Part shown: piece by piece, positions 53,247 through 62,723 of the stretch
Numbering within the stretch: position 1 is the stretch's first letter
Layout of the letters: the number at the start of each line of letters is the position of its first letter
Assembly: GCA_964441745.1 (NCBI GenBank)
Contig: CAYTYR010000001.1
Location: 194,754 to 258,753, forward strand
Length of the DNA stretch: 64,000 nucleotides
Direction: 5' to 3'
Origin: an uncultured Clostridia bacterium
GTDB lineage: Bacteria > CAYTYR01 > UBA6262
Notes under the pieces: generated by a model
The model's database searches: none
Told to the model about the DNA's origin: nothing
What the model saw: only the letters and a program-made list of their open reading frames with translations
Made by a program: the position numbers and the translations under genes

Positions 53247-54437
53247 ATGTCTTCTTTATTTTATAACTTAATCATTGTTTTTGGCGCTATTGCCGCTTCC
53301 TATATAATCCTGCGGCATTTGTGGAAAAAGGAATCTACCGAAGAAAACGAAAACATTCTTTCTCAACTGGATGAAGCCAGGAAAAAGATCCAGACCTATT
53401 CTTCAGAATTAAATGATCTTTTAGGATTGATGAGTTCTTTTCACCGCGTGAATTCCGCGCCAACCACCTTGAATATGGATGAAGTAGCCTGGTTGGCCTT
53501 GGATAATGCCCTGAAAATATTAGGGGCAATAAAAGGTTCTTTGTTTGTAATAAATAAGCGGACCAATCAGCTGGAACTTAAGGCAGCGATTGGTTATGAC
53601 CTGAACAATTTACCAGGGGCGAATTTATCTGTCGAGCAAGTTGAAAATGGGGCACACCCGAAAGAATCCTTTCCTTCCACCCCCTCTAAAAAGGGTTCTT
53701 TTATTAGCGTGCCGCTAAAGGTCCAGAACCGTATTATCGGCATTATTAATGTTAATGAAAAGATCGACGACAGGCAGTTCGCCCCTGAAGATTTACGCGT
53801 CTTAACCGCTCTCGCCGACCAAACCGCCATTATTTTAGAAAATCTGACTTTATATAAGGATTTACAGCAAGTATATTTAGGCGTGATCAAAACGCTTTCT
53901 TTGGTTGTGGACGCCAAAGACCATTATACATTCGGGCATTCAGAACGGGTGACCAAATATGTAGTGGAAATGGCCATAGAAATGAAATTGAGCCCGGAGC
54001 TGAAGAAATTAGCTGAAGCAGCCGCGATCATCCATGATATCGGCAAGATTGGCATTAAAGAAGAGATCTTGCTTAAAACCGGCCGCCTGACAGACAGCGA
54101 ATTTGAAGAAATAAAGAAACATCCAGTCATCGGACGGGATATGGTCAGGCCAATGGAGTTCCTGAGCGAATTGGCGCCATTAATATATTATCACCACCAG
54201 CATTTTGATGGCGGTGGATATCCGGATAAGGCTAAAGGGGACCAAATACCACTGGTCGCCAGGATGATCACGATAGCGGATTCTTTTGACGCGATGATCA
54301 GTGACCGGCCGTACCGGAGCGGATTACCCGTAGAAACCGCTATTAAAGAGCTCAAGCGGTGTTCCAGCACACAATTTGATCCTGACCTGGTAACTGTATT
54401 CCTGAAAGTCTTAAGACGTAATTTAAAGATAGCGTAG
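53247..54437 (+). CDS. TM-GAF-HD-GYP phosphodiesterase
   Basis: N-terminal TM, GAF (SVPLKV...F.PEDLRVL), GHSERV, HDIGKIG, GGGYP, DRPYR. Confidence 0.9.
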   Translation: MSSLFYNLIIVFGAIAASYIILRHLWKKESTEENENILSQLDEARKKIQTYSSELNDLLGLMSSFHRVNSAPTTLNMDEVAWLALDNALKILGAIKGSLFVINKRTNQLELKAAIGYDLNNLPGANLSVEQVENGAHPKESFPSTPSKKGSFISVPLKVQNRIIGIINVNEKIDDRQFAPEDLRVLTALADQTAIILENLTLYKDLQQVYLGVIKTLSLVVDAKDHYTFGHSERVTKYVVEMAIEMKLSPELKKLAEAAAIIHDIGKIGIKEEILLKTGRLTDSEFEEIKKHPVIGRDMVRPMEFLSELAPLIYYHHQHFDGGGYPDKAKGDQIPLVARMITIADSFDAMISDRPYRSGLPVETAIKELKRCSSTQFDPDLVTVFLKVLRRNLKIA

Positions 54438-54445
54438 AGGAAAAG

Positions 54446-54592
54446 ATGTCTTGCCCTTTCTTGAAAAAAATGGAAACAGATCTCTGTATTGCCTATCCAA
54501 ACCGCCCCATCGTAGTTAATGACGGGTGTAAATTAAGCTTTTGCGAAAGTAAGAATTATGTGCAGTGCCCCACTCTAAAAGAAAGAAAATAA
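54446..54592 (+). CDS. small Cys-rich protein, 48 aa (not in ORF track)
   Basis: AGAGG SD. MSCPFLKKMETDLCIAYPNRPIVVNDGCKLSFCESKNYVQCPTLKERK fills the gap between two genes. Confidence 0.7.
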   Translation: MSCPFLKKMETDLCIAYPNRPIVVNDGCKLSFCESKNYVQCPTLKERK

Positions 54593-54595
54593 AAG

Positions 54596-55270
54596 ATGAG
54601 CTTATATGTCGTTGCCACCCCCATCGGTAATTTGGGGGATATTACTTTCAGGGCGATAGAAACCCTGAAAAAAGTCAACCTGATCGCGTGTGAAGATACA
54701 CGGTATACCAGGAAATTGCTAAGCCATTATGATCTTCATACGCCGGTGACCAGCTACTATGAATATAATAAGATAAAAAAACTTGATTATTTACTTGAGC
54801 AATTGATCAGCGGCAAAGATATTGCCCTGGTTTCCGATAGCGGGACTCCCGGGATTTCTGATCCCGGATTCCTGATTATCAGCGCAGCGATTAAAAACAA
54901 AATACCAGTAATCTCCATCCCCGGGCCGGCCGCGGTCATCAGCGCCTTAGTTACGGCCGGATTACCCACTGACAGTTTTGTCTTTGAAGGATTTTTGCCG
55001 CGTAAAAAAGGAAAGCTGAAAAAAGCCTTAACCGAATTAGCTGCTTTGGAAAGAACCATCGTTTTTTACGAATCTCCATATCGTATTACAGCCACGCTTA
55101 AAATCATGCAAGAGGCCATCGGTAACCAATATGTAGTAATAGCCAGGGAGCTGACGAAACATTTTGAAGAAGTACTGCGCGGTGATTTAGCTGCTCTGAT
55201 CCCCCGCCTGGAAGCACAGCCGCTTAAAGGAGAAGTGGTAGTTTTATTTAATCCTTCTTTTACTAATTGA
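54596..55270 (+). CDS. rsmI: 16S rRNA C1402 2'-O-methyltransferase
   Basis: LYVVATPIGNLGDIT, CEDTR, SDSGTPGISDPG, YESPYR, ARELTK. Confidence 0.96.
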   Translation: MSLYVVATPIGNLGDITFRAIETLKKVNLIACEDTRYTRKLLSHYDLHTPVTSYYEYNKIKKLDYLLEQLISGKDIALVSDSGTPGISDPGFLIISAAIKNKIPVISIPGPAAVISALVTAGLPTDSFVFEGFLPRKKGKLKKALTELAALERTIVFYESPYRITATLKIMQEAIGNQYVVIARELTKHFEEVLRGDLAALIPRLEAQPLKGEVVVLFNPSFTN

Positions 55271-55726
55271 ATCCTGCCAGCAAACCAGCTATAATAAATA
55301 AGATTATGTAGTGAAGTGATGCGCCCTTAGCTCATCCGCCAGCGCTAAACATCTTGCCGCTAAACGCGGCTATTCACCGCAGCGACAACATAGCTTCGGC
55401 GGACAAGGTTGTCTGCCTGCCGACAGGCAGGGAGCGAATGACGGAGTTTACCCGCCGGTAATAGTGGCGGGAAACCGATCAAGAAGGATCCGGAAAACCC
55501 CGAGAAATAAAGGAATTGATTGATATATAAAGGAAATTCAAAGCCTGCCAGTTTGTACCAATCCGTATGAATTTGCCTCTTTTTAGCCCTCACATGGACA
55601 CTTTTTGGACACCAAACCGAGCGACTGATTATATAGTCGGATTTTCATCATTTATTGACCGTTGGACACGCTACCTGAAAAACCATGGTAATCAAAACAT
55701 TAGTAAGGATGGGTCAAAGGATAAAA

Positions 55727-57667
55727 ATGAAAAGCGAATTTATCAACTGGTTTATTAAAGAAGAAAAATACTTACAGAATTACCCTTTAGAAACAAATGA
55801 ATTTGTGAGATTGTGCCAAAGAATGGGTGTTTTTGTAAGCGCAGTTGATCTGGAAGAATATGAGAAATCTAAATTAATTTATCCAATATTAAGATTTAAT
55901 AGGCCCATATATGAAGAAGAGGGGGTTGAGTTCAGAAGAAAAGGGCAAGTCCTTAGGGCACACGCAGATTACGTAATAAATGCTGATGAAGAATTCATAA
56001 GAAAGTATAAAGAAAAAAAGTATTCTAGTTATAGTTTTGGAGAGCATGAATGGCTGGTAAAATGGGTAGATGCAGGTTTACTATATGACCCGAGTAAGAG
56101 ACGCTTTATTCCTTGGGTAAATTTTAAGGCAAAAAGATTAAGTTATGATAATCAGAAAATTTTAAGCTTTTATTCAAATTTTCAATTGCTTTGGATTGAT
56201 TTAATTAAGGAGAAAAGAGCTTTCTTTAAAACAATATACAAAGAAAAGGCCAATGAGCATTTATTAGGAGAAATTAGAAAATATGATAAATATTTAGAAT
56301 TCTTGCTTTCAATTCAAAGTGTATATTACCCTTATGCACATTCTGATTCAAGAACAATTAGTATTACTGGAATAGATGAAAAGAAATGGCTTCTGAAGAA
56401 AAAGGCATTTAACTATAAAAGGATTCTTCAGCTTTCAAATATGAGAGAAAAAGATGTTTTGGAATTATATAGGTTACTATCCGAAAAAGCTTTAAGTATC
56501 CTTGGTGTTCATACCAGTGATTGGGTATATCTTTGGAAAAGTATTTCCTGGAATAGGAAAGATGAATTAAAAGGACAAATTAGAAAAGGTATTGAGTACT
56601 TCCAATGGGCTGTAATGATAAAAAGAGTTATAGAGGAATATTATAAAAAAGAGATTCCTGATTTGGAGGAGATAAAAACTATTTATGGTAGCAATATATT
56701 AAAATATATAAAACATGACTTTAATAAGGTAAAAAGCTATCATTTGCAGAAAAAAAGTAGATATTTCGATGATAAAAATAATATCGACTATTATCATGAC
56801 AAATATAAAAGATTGTTTTATCTTTCAAACGATTTCAAGTTAGATTATCAGCCAAAGGTTTTAGTTTTCGTCGAAGGGGGGACAGAAGAATATATTTTCG
56901 CCCGTATATTTAAATGGTATTATGGCTCTCCTGAACATTTAGGTATAAACTTTATCAATTTTAAAGGTGTAGATAAGCTGCTATCTACTGCTAAAAACAT
57001 GGAAAGGCTTAGAAAATTTATCATAGGCCTACAAAAGAAATTAAGAAGCAGAGTACTTTCTGACGATGAAAGAAGGGAATTAAAACAGCTCATAAGAAAG
57101 TTTAGAAACTTAGACATAGTGGTTTCTAATTGGACATCTTTTTTGAGTTATAACTTGGAAAAATGGCAAATAATACCTTTTTTTGTTTCAGATAATGAAG
57201 GGGGAATAAAGCATTTTCTGGAAGCTGAAAAGCCAATAAGATTTGCTAATGTAGTATATAATATCCCTCTTAAATGGAAGTTCTTATGGGGTATTGATAA
57301 TGATAATAAGCCATTTAAGGGCAGCAGTTTGGAGCTTGCAAATTTTAGCGATGAAGAATTATCAAAATCTATTGGGGCTATTTTGCATAAAACTATTGAT
57401 AAATCTCTAATTGAAAGAATAAGAGAAAAGGATACAGGCATAAATAAGATTGACCCTGAGGTTAAAATAAACAAAATGAAGATAGTGAAATTACTTTTTG
57501 ATAATCTATTTATAGAATTTAAAGGCAGGGAAACAGAATTATTAAGAAGGCCAATATTTAATGTTGTTGAAAGAATTACTAACTTATCAGTGCTTAATCA
57601 TCTTCCTGTAGATACAAAGATTGAATTAGAAAATAAAGAGTTTATTAAAAAAGAACTAAATTGTTAG
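55727..57667 (+). CDS. hypothetical protein with C-terminal OLD-like TOPRIM motif
   Basis: VLVFVEGGTEEY...LGINFINFKG...FFVSDNE. AT-rich. Start ATG 55727 after AAGGA. Confidence 0.75.
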   Translation: MKSEFINWFIKEEKYLQNYPLETNEFVRLCQRMGVFVSAVDLEEYEKSKLIYPILRFNRPIYEEEGVEFRRKGQVLRAHADYVINADEEFIRKYKEKKYSSYSFGEHEWLVKWVDAGLLYDPSKRRFIPWVNFKAKRLSYDNQKILSFYSNFQLLWIDLIKEKRAFFKTIYKEKANEHLLGEIRKYDKYLEFLLSIQSVYYPYAHSDSRTISITGIDEKKWLLKKKAFNYKRILQLSNMREKDVLELYRLLSEKALSILGVHTSDWVYLWKSISWNRKDELKGQIRKGIEYFQWAVMIKRVIEEYYKKEIPDLEEIKTIYGSNILKYIKHDFNKVKSYHLQKKSRYFDDKNNIDYYHDKYKRLFYLSNDFKLDYQPKVLVFVEGGTEEYIFARIFKWYYGSPEHLGINFINFKGVDKLLSTAKNMERLRKFIIGLQKKLRSRVLSDDERRELKQLIRKFRNLDIVVSNWTSFLSYNLEKWQIIPFFVSDNEGGIKHFLEAEKPIRFANVVYNIPLKWKFLWGIDNDNKPFKGSSLELANFSDEELSKSIGAILHKTIDKSLIERIREKDTGINKIDPEVKINKMKIVKLLFDNLFIEFKGRETELLRRPIFNVVERITNLSVLNHLPVDTKIELENKEFIKKELNC

Positions 57668-57744
57668 TTATTTGCCCTATGGATTTTCTTGAAGTTTAGC
57701 TAAAGAGATGATAAAATACAGCTTAGATAATATTAAGAGGCACT

Positions 57745-59127
57745 ATGACCAAAAAAGAAATTGAAAGTTTACTTAAGGAAAATGAAAACATTGAACTCAA
57801 ATCCTCTCTTGCCGTAATGGAGGAAATCATTGAGTCTGTTTCTGCTTTTGCCAATACCAGAGGCGGAAAGATTTTAATTGGCGTTGACAATGCGAGTAGA
57901 GTTATTGGTTTGCAAATCGGCAAAGGAACGTTAGAAACCCTTGCTAACCGGATCGCCCAAAATACCGATCCTAAAATCCATCCGCATATCAGTGTTGAAA
58001 AGATAGACGGCAAAGAGATTATAATTATAGAAGTCAAGGAAAGCCTGGACCGGCTTGTTCTTGCTTTTGGCCGTCCTTTCAAAAGAGTGGGCAAAGCCAC
58101 GGTTAAGATGAGCAAAGATGAGTACGAGCGGCTGATACTTGAAAAGCACAAAGATAAATTCCAGTTTGATAAGCAGCTTTGCGAGGAAGCCAAACTTGAA
58201 GACATAGACCAAAAAAAGATTAAAACTTATCTTAAATTACGTCAGAAAAACAGAAATATATCCTCGCAAATAAAGATGCCGCTTAACCAGTTTTTAGCCA
58301 ATTTAAAAGCCGTAAGCGGTAAAAAACCCACCAACGCCGGCATTTTATTCTTCGGTAAGAATCCTCTTAACCTTATTTCTCATGCTCAGCTAAGATTGGT
58401 GCGGATCAAAGGAGTAAAGATATACGGCAACATTTTAGACAGGTTGGATTGCGAAGGCACGTTATGGGAAATGGTTGATCAGGCTGAGGATTTTCTCAGA
58501 AAAAGCATTCGTTTGCTTGGTTTCCGGACCGAGCAGAGTTTTCGGAGAGAGGACAGGTTTGAATATCCCATCAGGGCGTTAAGGGAAGCCATTATCAATG
58601 GCCTGATACACAGAGATTATTTCAATCTGGCTGATGTGAGAGTCTTTATATTCGATGATCGGATTGAAATAGTCAGCCCCGGGCCCTTTCCCGAAGGAGT
58701 AAGCCCTAAAAAACCAGAACATAAACCGGTAAATAAAATTCTTTCAAGCTTGATGTATGATATTGGCTATATCGAAAAATATGGTTCGGGAATATACTTG
58801 GAAAACGAACTCTGCCTCAAGAACAAAAATCCCAAGCCTATTTACGAAATAGATCCCGTTCAAACAAAAGTAATATTCAAATCGCAGGTTAAGGACATTA
58901 CCGTGATTGAGATTGATGAAACAATAATGAGCCAAATAAATGAGAGACAGAAAAAAGCGGTGGCATACATTAGAGAAAGAGGAAGTATAAAAAGAGAAGA
59001 ATACATTAAGATAAATAATATTTCTCATACTATCGCTTCAAAGGAATTAAAGAACTTAACTAAAAAGAATATCTTTAAAACAACAGGAAAAGGGAAATAC
59101 TTAAAATACGAGTTGACGCAAGGTTGA
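57745..59127 (+). CDS. AlbA_2/Schlafen-like plus HATPase_c_4 plus wHTH protein
   Basis: ENENIELK, VSAFANTRGGKILIGV, ALREAIINGLIHRDY, IEKYGSG, C-terminal HTH. Confidence 0.88.
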   Translation: MTKKEIESLLKENENIELKSSLAVMEEIIESVSAFANTRGGKILIGVDNASRVIGLQIGKGTLETLANRIAQNTDPKIHPHISVEKIDGKEIIIIEVKESLDRLVLAFGRPFKRVGKATVKMSKDEYERLILEKHKDKFQFDKQLCEEAKLEDIDQKKIKTYLKLRQKNRNISSQIKMPLNQFLANLKAVSGKKPTNAGILFFGKNPLNLISHAQLRLVRIKGVKIYGNILDRLDCEGTLWEMVDQAEDFLRKSIRLLGFRTEQSFRREDRFEYPIRALREAIINGLIHRDYFNLADVRVFIFDDRIEIVSPGPFPEGVSPKKPEHKPVNKILSSLMYDIGYIEKYGSGIYLENELCLKNKNPKPIYEIDPVQTKVIFKSQVKDITVIEIDETIMSQINERQKKAVAYIRERGSIKREEYIKINNISHTIASKELKNLTKKNIFKTTGKGKYLKYELTQG

Positions 59128-59144
59128 CGCAAGGTTGACGCAAG
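59112..59144 (+). repeat. 3 x 11-bp tandem repeat spanning a stop codon
   Basis: (GTTGACGCAAG)3. Confidence 0.9.
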
Positions 59145-59631
59145 AAAAAGAAGAGACACAGCTTATCAACTGAGCCAATTTCTTGAGACAGAGAACTTTA
59201 TTATTTAAGGGATAAAAGTTATGCTAAAAGACGAAAATATTCATCAATTAATTTTCAAGCTACAAGCAAAAATAGAACATGCAGAAAATATGTCATCCGG
59301 AAGCATTGAAGACGAAAGCCAGATTGATGATTTACGCCTCGAGTTTTTAAAAATAGAGGAAGCTATATAAAAGAATAACATATTTCTATGAGGTTTTGGC
59401 CCATACATAGGTGAGATATTAAAAAGGTTGTATGAGTTCTTAATTGGATGCATGTCTGCCAGTTCTCTGATGATAGAAATATCATTAATACTGGAGGTGA
59501 AAACGATGTTAACCGTAACGGCGGGGACAGTGCTCCTGGGGTGACCTGGTGACAAATGTTTCCAATATTACGAAGAGGACTATATAACTGATTCAATTAA
59601 TCCCCGTTTTCCTCAAGGTAAAAATTAGGCC

Positions 59632-59680
59632 TTGACATCTTATTTCATATATGATACACTTTTGTCATAATTATGAAAAG
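59632..59680 (+). promoter_or_regulatory. AbiE promoter and palindromic operator
   Basis: TTGACA-17-TACACT, and palindrome TCATAATTATGA over the start codon. Confidence 0.6.
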
Positions 59681-60311
59681 CAGTAGTAATCTAATTGAAC
59701 AGTTAAAATCTCTACCGTACTTCAGTAAAAGTACGGTAAAACAGCTTGGTAAGCAGCTTGGGCTTAAAAAGGCTTCGGTTGATACCTATATCAGCCGTTT
59801 TCTCAAGCGTAAAGAGATTATCCAGCTTAAAAAGGGTCTTTATGTCGCCACTGATTTTTACAATAAAAACAGGAGCGATATTTCCTATTCGTTTTATCTC
59901 GCCAACATCCTGCGGACGCCATCGTATGTAAGCTCTTGGACGGCGCTCCAGTATTATAATTTAACCACCGAATCGATCTATACCATAACCTCGATTACCC
60001 GAAAGGTCACCCGGACATATAATACAAAGGCAGGAACCTTTGCTTACCAGTCAGTGAAAAAGGAATTATTTTCTGATTTTTCCTTGGTTAAAGGATCTCT
60101 CGAATCGCCGACAGGGAAATTTGATTTTTTCATCGCGTCTCCCGCCAAGGCGCTTTTTGACCTGCTATATTTTAAAAAACATCAGTTTCGCGGGGTGCGA
60201 TTTGAAGATATAGATAGGCTAATTGAAGAAATGCGCATTGATATTGAAGAAATGGACGAAAAAGATCGGAGCGCCTTTTTTACCATGATCAAGAATTATT
60301 TAAAACTATGA
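59673..60311 (+). CDS. AbiEi-like type IV TA antitoxin
   Basis: wHTH LKKGLY, PSYVSSWTALQYYNL, IASPAKALFDLLY. Confidence 0.85.
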   Translation: MKSSSNLIEQLKSLPYFSKSTVKQLGKQLGLKKASVDTYISRFLKRKEIIQLKKGLYVATDFYNKNRSDISYSFYLANILRTPSYVSSWTALQYYNLTTESIYTITSITRKVTRTYNTKAGTFAYQSVKKELFSDFSLVKGSLESPTGKFDFFIASPAKALFDLLYFKKHQFRGVRFEDIDRLIEEMRIDIEEMDEKDRSAFFTMIKNYLKL

Positions 60312-61576
60312 GTGAACAGATTCTCGCCACATTAAAAAGAAAGCTCGATGATCTTTCCGCTTATGGCGAAGTTGATGCGGAAACGAAACGTAACGCCCTT
60401 AAAGAAGAGCTGCAGTTTTACGTTCTTAATTTTATTTATCATCACCCGGAGTACGGCAAATGGATTATGTATGGTGGTTCCGCGCTTCGCATCTGCCATG
60501 AACTTGACCGAATGTCGGTTGATTTAGATTTTGAAGTTACGCAGGCGATAACTGAAAAGTTTTTAGAAGAACTGAAAAAGGAAATTGAAAAGCACTTCGC
60601 CAGCACTTACGGTACCGAACCCGATTTTCTCACCATAAAAACAACCACCGGCAGAGGACTCCTTCTTAAATTCCATGTTGGCAAAGAATTAATCATCGGC
60701 CATCCTTCTACGCAAGTACACGTTAAAATTGACCTTAACCATTTTACTGCCCCAAAGACAGTAACTGAGCGCATACCGATAAATCGCGACCAGTTTTCCT
60801 TTGTCATTACCACCTATAATATGTCCGCGCTTATGGCCAGCAAAATTGCCGCGATTTTCCTGCGCGGGACCCGTGGTGTGGGAGAAGCGGTGTATGAGGA
60901 AAAAGGGCGCGATATTTATGACCTTCTCTGGTATATGACTAAAAAAATAATGCCTGACCTTGATTACCTCATCGCCAAAGGCATTGACGTAAAGGATCCA
61001 CGAGCGCTTTTTGACAAGCTTACGCTGCAGATGAACAAAGTAAGCGACGTTAATCTCAAACATGATCTCCGGCCGCTCTTTGTAAATCAGACATATATTG
61101 AAAACTGGCTGAAAAACTGGCGGGAAAGCTACTTGCGGCTCCTGGAAGGATATAAAATCACCACAGTGACAACATTGGAAAGCGTAAGGATACAGCAGGA
61201 ATTTTATACGGACACTCGTTATTTTGCATATTGGTATAAAACAGAAGATGGAAAATCAGCGCGGATAGTTTATGCTCTAAGCGACTATTGGATTATGTAC
61301 GGAGAGGGTGATTTGCCGACGAAAATAAACGATCAAATTATCCAGCTGGTTGCGGATGACATAAAAGATAAGCTTAATGACAAAATAAAACAGTATATAA
61401 CCTTGTTTTATGAAAAATCAGAGGCCTATTTCAAGAAAACAAACAGGATAATGCTTGGCGATAGCATAACCACCAAACTTATCAGAATGACGGCTGATAA
61501 ACTAAACCAGAAGGAGCAGATTGTGCTTAATAGATCTGCTCTGCTTTCCTGCGAGCTGGATGATTTATTGAAATAA
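60308..61576 (+). CDS. AbiEii/AbiGii nucleotidyltransferase toxin
   Basis: YGGSALRICH...RMSVDLDF, ASKIAA, KGRDIYDL. ATGA overlap with the antitoxin gene. Confidence 0.9.
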   Translation: MSEQILATLKRKLDDLSAYGEVDAETKRNALKEELQFYVLNFIYHHPEYGKWIMYGGSALRICHELDRMSVDLDFEVTQAITEKFLEELKKEIEKHFASTYGTEPDFLTIKTTTGRGLLLKFHVGKELIIGHPSTQVHVKIDLNHFTAPKTVTERIPINRDQFSFVITTYNMSALMASKIAAIFLRGTRGVGEAVYEEKGRDIYDLLWYMTKKIMPDLDYLIAKGIDVKDPRALFDKLTLQMNKVSDVNLKHDLRPLFVNQTYIENWLKNWRESYLRLLEGYKITTVTTLESVRIQQEFYTDTRYFAYWYKTEDGKSARIVYALSDYWIMYGEGDLPTKINDQIIQLVADDIKDKLNDKIKQYITLFYEKSEAYFKKTNRIMLGDSITTKLIRMTADKLNQKEQIVLNRSALLSCELDDLLK

Positions 61577-61742
61577 GGGGTTAGCCTGACTTTCCATAGT
61601 CAAAGGATGTTAAAATTCTTTTTGACGAAACCGTGAAGTTATGGTATATATCAGTGTTACCTAGTGGATACTTTTTGGACACTAGAGGTAAAAATAGACA
61701 TCACGGTCAAAAGCTAGATTTGAAATTTCTCTTATATATAAA

Positions 61743-61810
61743 GCGCCCTTAGCTCAGTTTCAGCCTGAGGCTGATCCGCCTCTGGCGGAGGATTAGAGCG
61801 ACTGACTACG
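61743..61810 (+). repeat. 5'-half copy of tRNA-Arg(ACG) with hairpin insert in the D-loop
   Basis: GCGCCCTTAGCTCAGTT-[insert]-GGATTAGAGCGACTGACTACG, ending right after the anticodon. Confidence 0.9.
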
Positions 61811-61844
61811 TTGACACTAGTAATATTCAGAAATGATAACACAT

Positions 61845-61922
61845 GCGCCCTTAGCTCAGTTGGATTAGAGCGACTGACTACGAATCAGTAGGCCACAGGT
61901 TCGAATCCTGTAGGGCGCGCCA
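61845..61922 (+). tRNA. tRNA-Arg(ACG)
   Basis: Cloverleaf, CTGA-CTACGAA-TCAG, GGTTCGAATCC, CCA. Confidence 0.96.
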
Positions 61923-62045
61923 TTTACTCTCCTAGAATTTATTATTAAGTAAAAAGTAAATGGCCCGCCGACGCTTATTGGCGGGCAAACCACAGATTAG
62001 GAAAAACAGATTACACAGATTAAAGCAAAATCCGCTAAATATTTT

Positions 62046-62480
62046 ATGGCTGAGGCGCTGAAAGAAGCGAAAAAAGCAGCGCTTAAAAACGAAGTACCAA
62101 TAGGCGCTGTAGTAGTGCATAAAAACAAAATAATTGGCCGTGGCCATAACCTCTCGATCAAGAATAACAATCCGACAGCCCATGCGGAAGTATTAGCCTT
62201 AGGGCAGGCAGCAAAAAAGATCAAGAATTATCGTCTCGTAGATGCGGATATGTATGTGACCATAGAACCATGCGCCATGTGCGCGGGAGCGATGGTTTGG
62301 GCCAGGATCAGGAATTTATATTTCGGAGCCAAGGATGCAAAAGCCGGGGCCTGTGGCAGCGTGTTTAATATTACTAATAATAAGAAACTGAATCACCGCA
62401 TCAATATACATCAGGGTATTCTGGAAGCAGAGAGCCGTCGGCTTATCCAGGAGTTCTTTAAAAAGAAAAGAAAAAAGTAA
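62046..62480 (+). CDS. tadA: tRNA adenosine-34 deaminase
   Basis: EVPIGAV, PTAHAE, EPCAMC, LNH. Confidence 0.95.
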   Translation: MAEALKEAKKAALKNEVPIGAVVVHKNKIIGRGHNLSIKNNNPTAHAEVLALGQAAKKIKNYRLVDADMYVTIEPCAMCAGAMVWARIRNLYFGAKDAKAGACGSVFNITNNKKLNHRINIHQGILEAESRRLIQEFFKKKRKK

Positions 62481-62481
62481 T

Positions 62482-62708
62482 GGAAGGGTGGCTCCCGATG
62501 TTAATCGGGACTCCCTGCGGTCGCGAGATATAGGGTAGAGCCAGTCTCGCCTGTCCTCCGTGTATGAAGCCGAAGGCTTCAACGGGGGGAAAACTGGTCG
62601 TGATGGAGGCGTCGCATAGTGGTTGCCCGCCGTAGGCGGGTAACAGTGCATCCGGTATCGCCTGTCCTCCCTGTATTGAAGTCGAAGACTTCAAGGGAGG
62701 GAAAACCG
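62482..62708 (+). repeat. two degenerate tRNA-Ser 5'-halves with anticodon-loop hairpin inserts
   Basis: Halves at 62482-62598 and 62605-62708, with inserts at 62550-62589 and 62661-62701. Confidence 0.85.
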
Positions 62709-62723
62709 AAAATAATATGTGTT

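Larger units (their letters stand above)
55321..61844. mobile_element. integrase-less islet upstream of tRNA-Arg(ACG)
   Basis: tRNA-Arg 5' remnants at 55321 and 61743-61810, TGGA(C/T)ACTTTTTGGACAC at 55595 and 61665, and defence-type cargo. Confidence 0.7.

Noticed and set aside
59221-59540. 49-codon ORF (MLKDENIHQL...) and its continuation
   Set aside because: Interrupted by stops with no recognisable family; probably a gene remnant.
62482-62708. Intron-containing functional tRNAs
   Set aside because: The halves lack the variable arm, T-arm and acceptor 3' strand, and the inserts are far too short for group I introns.
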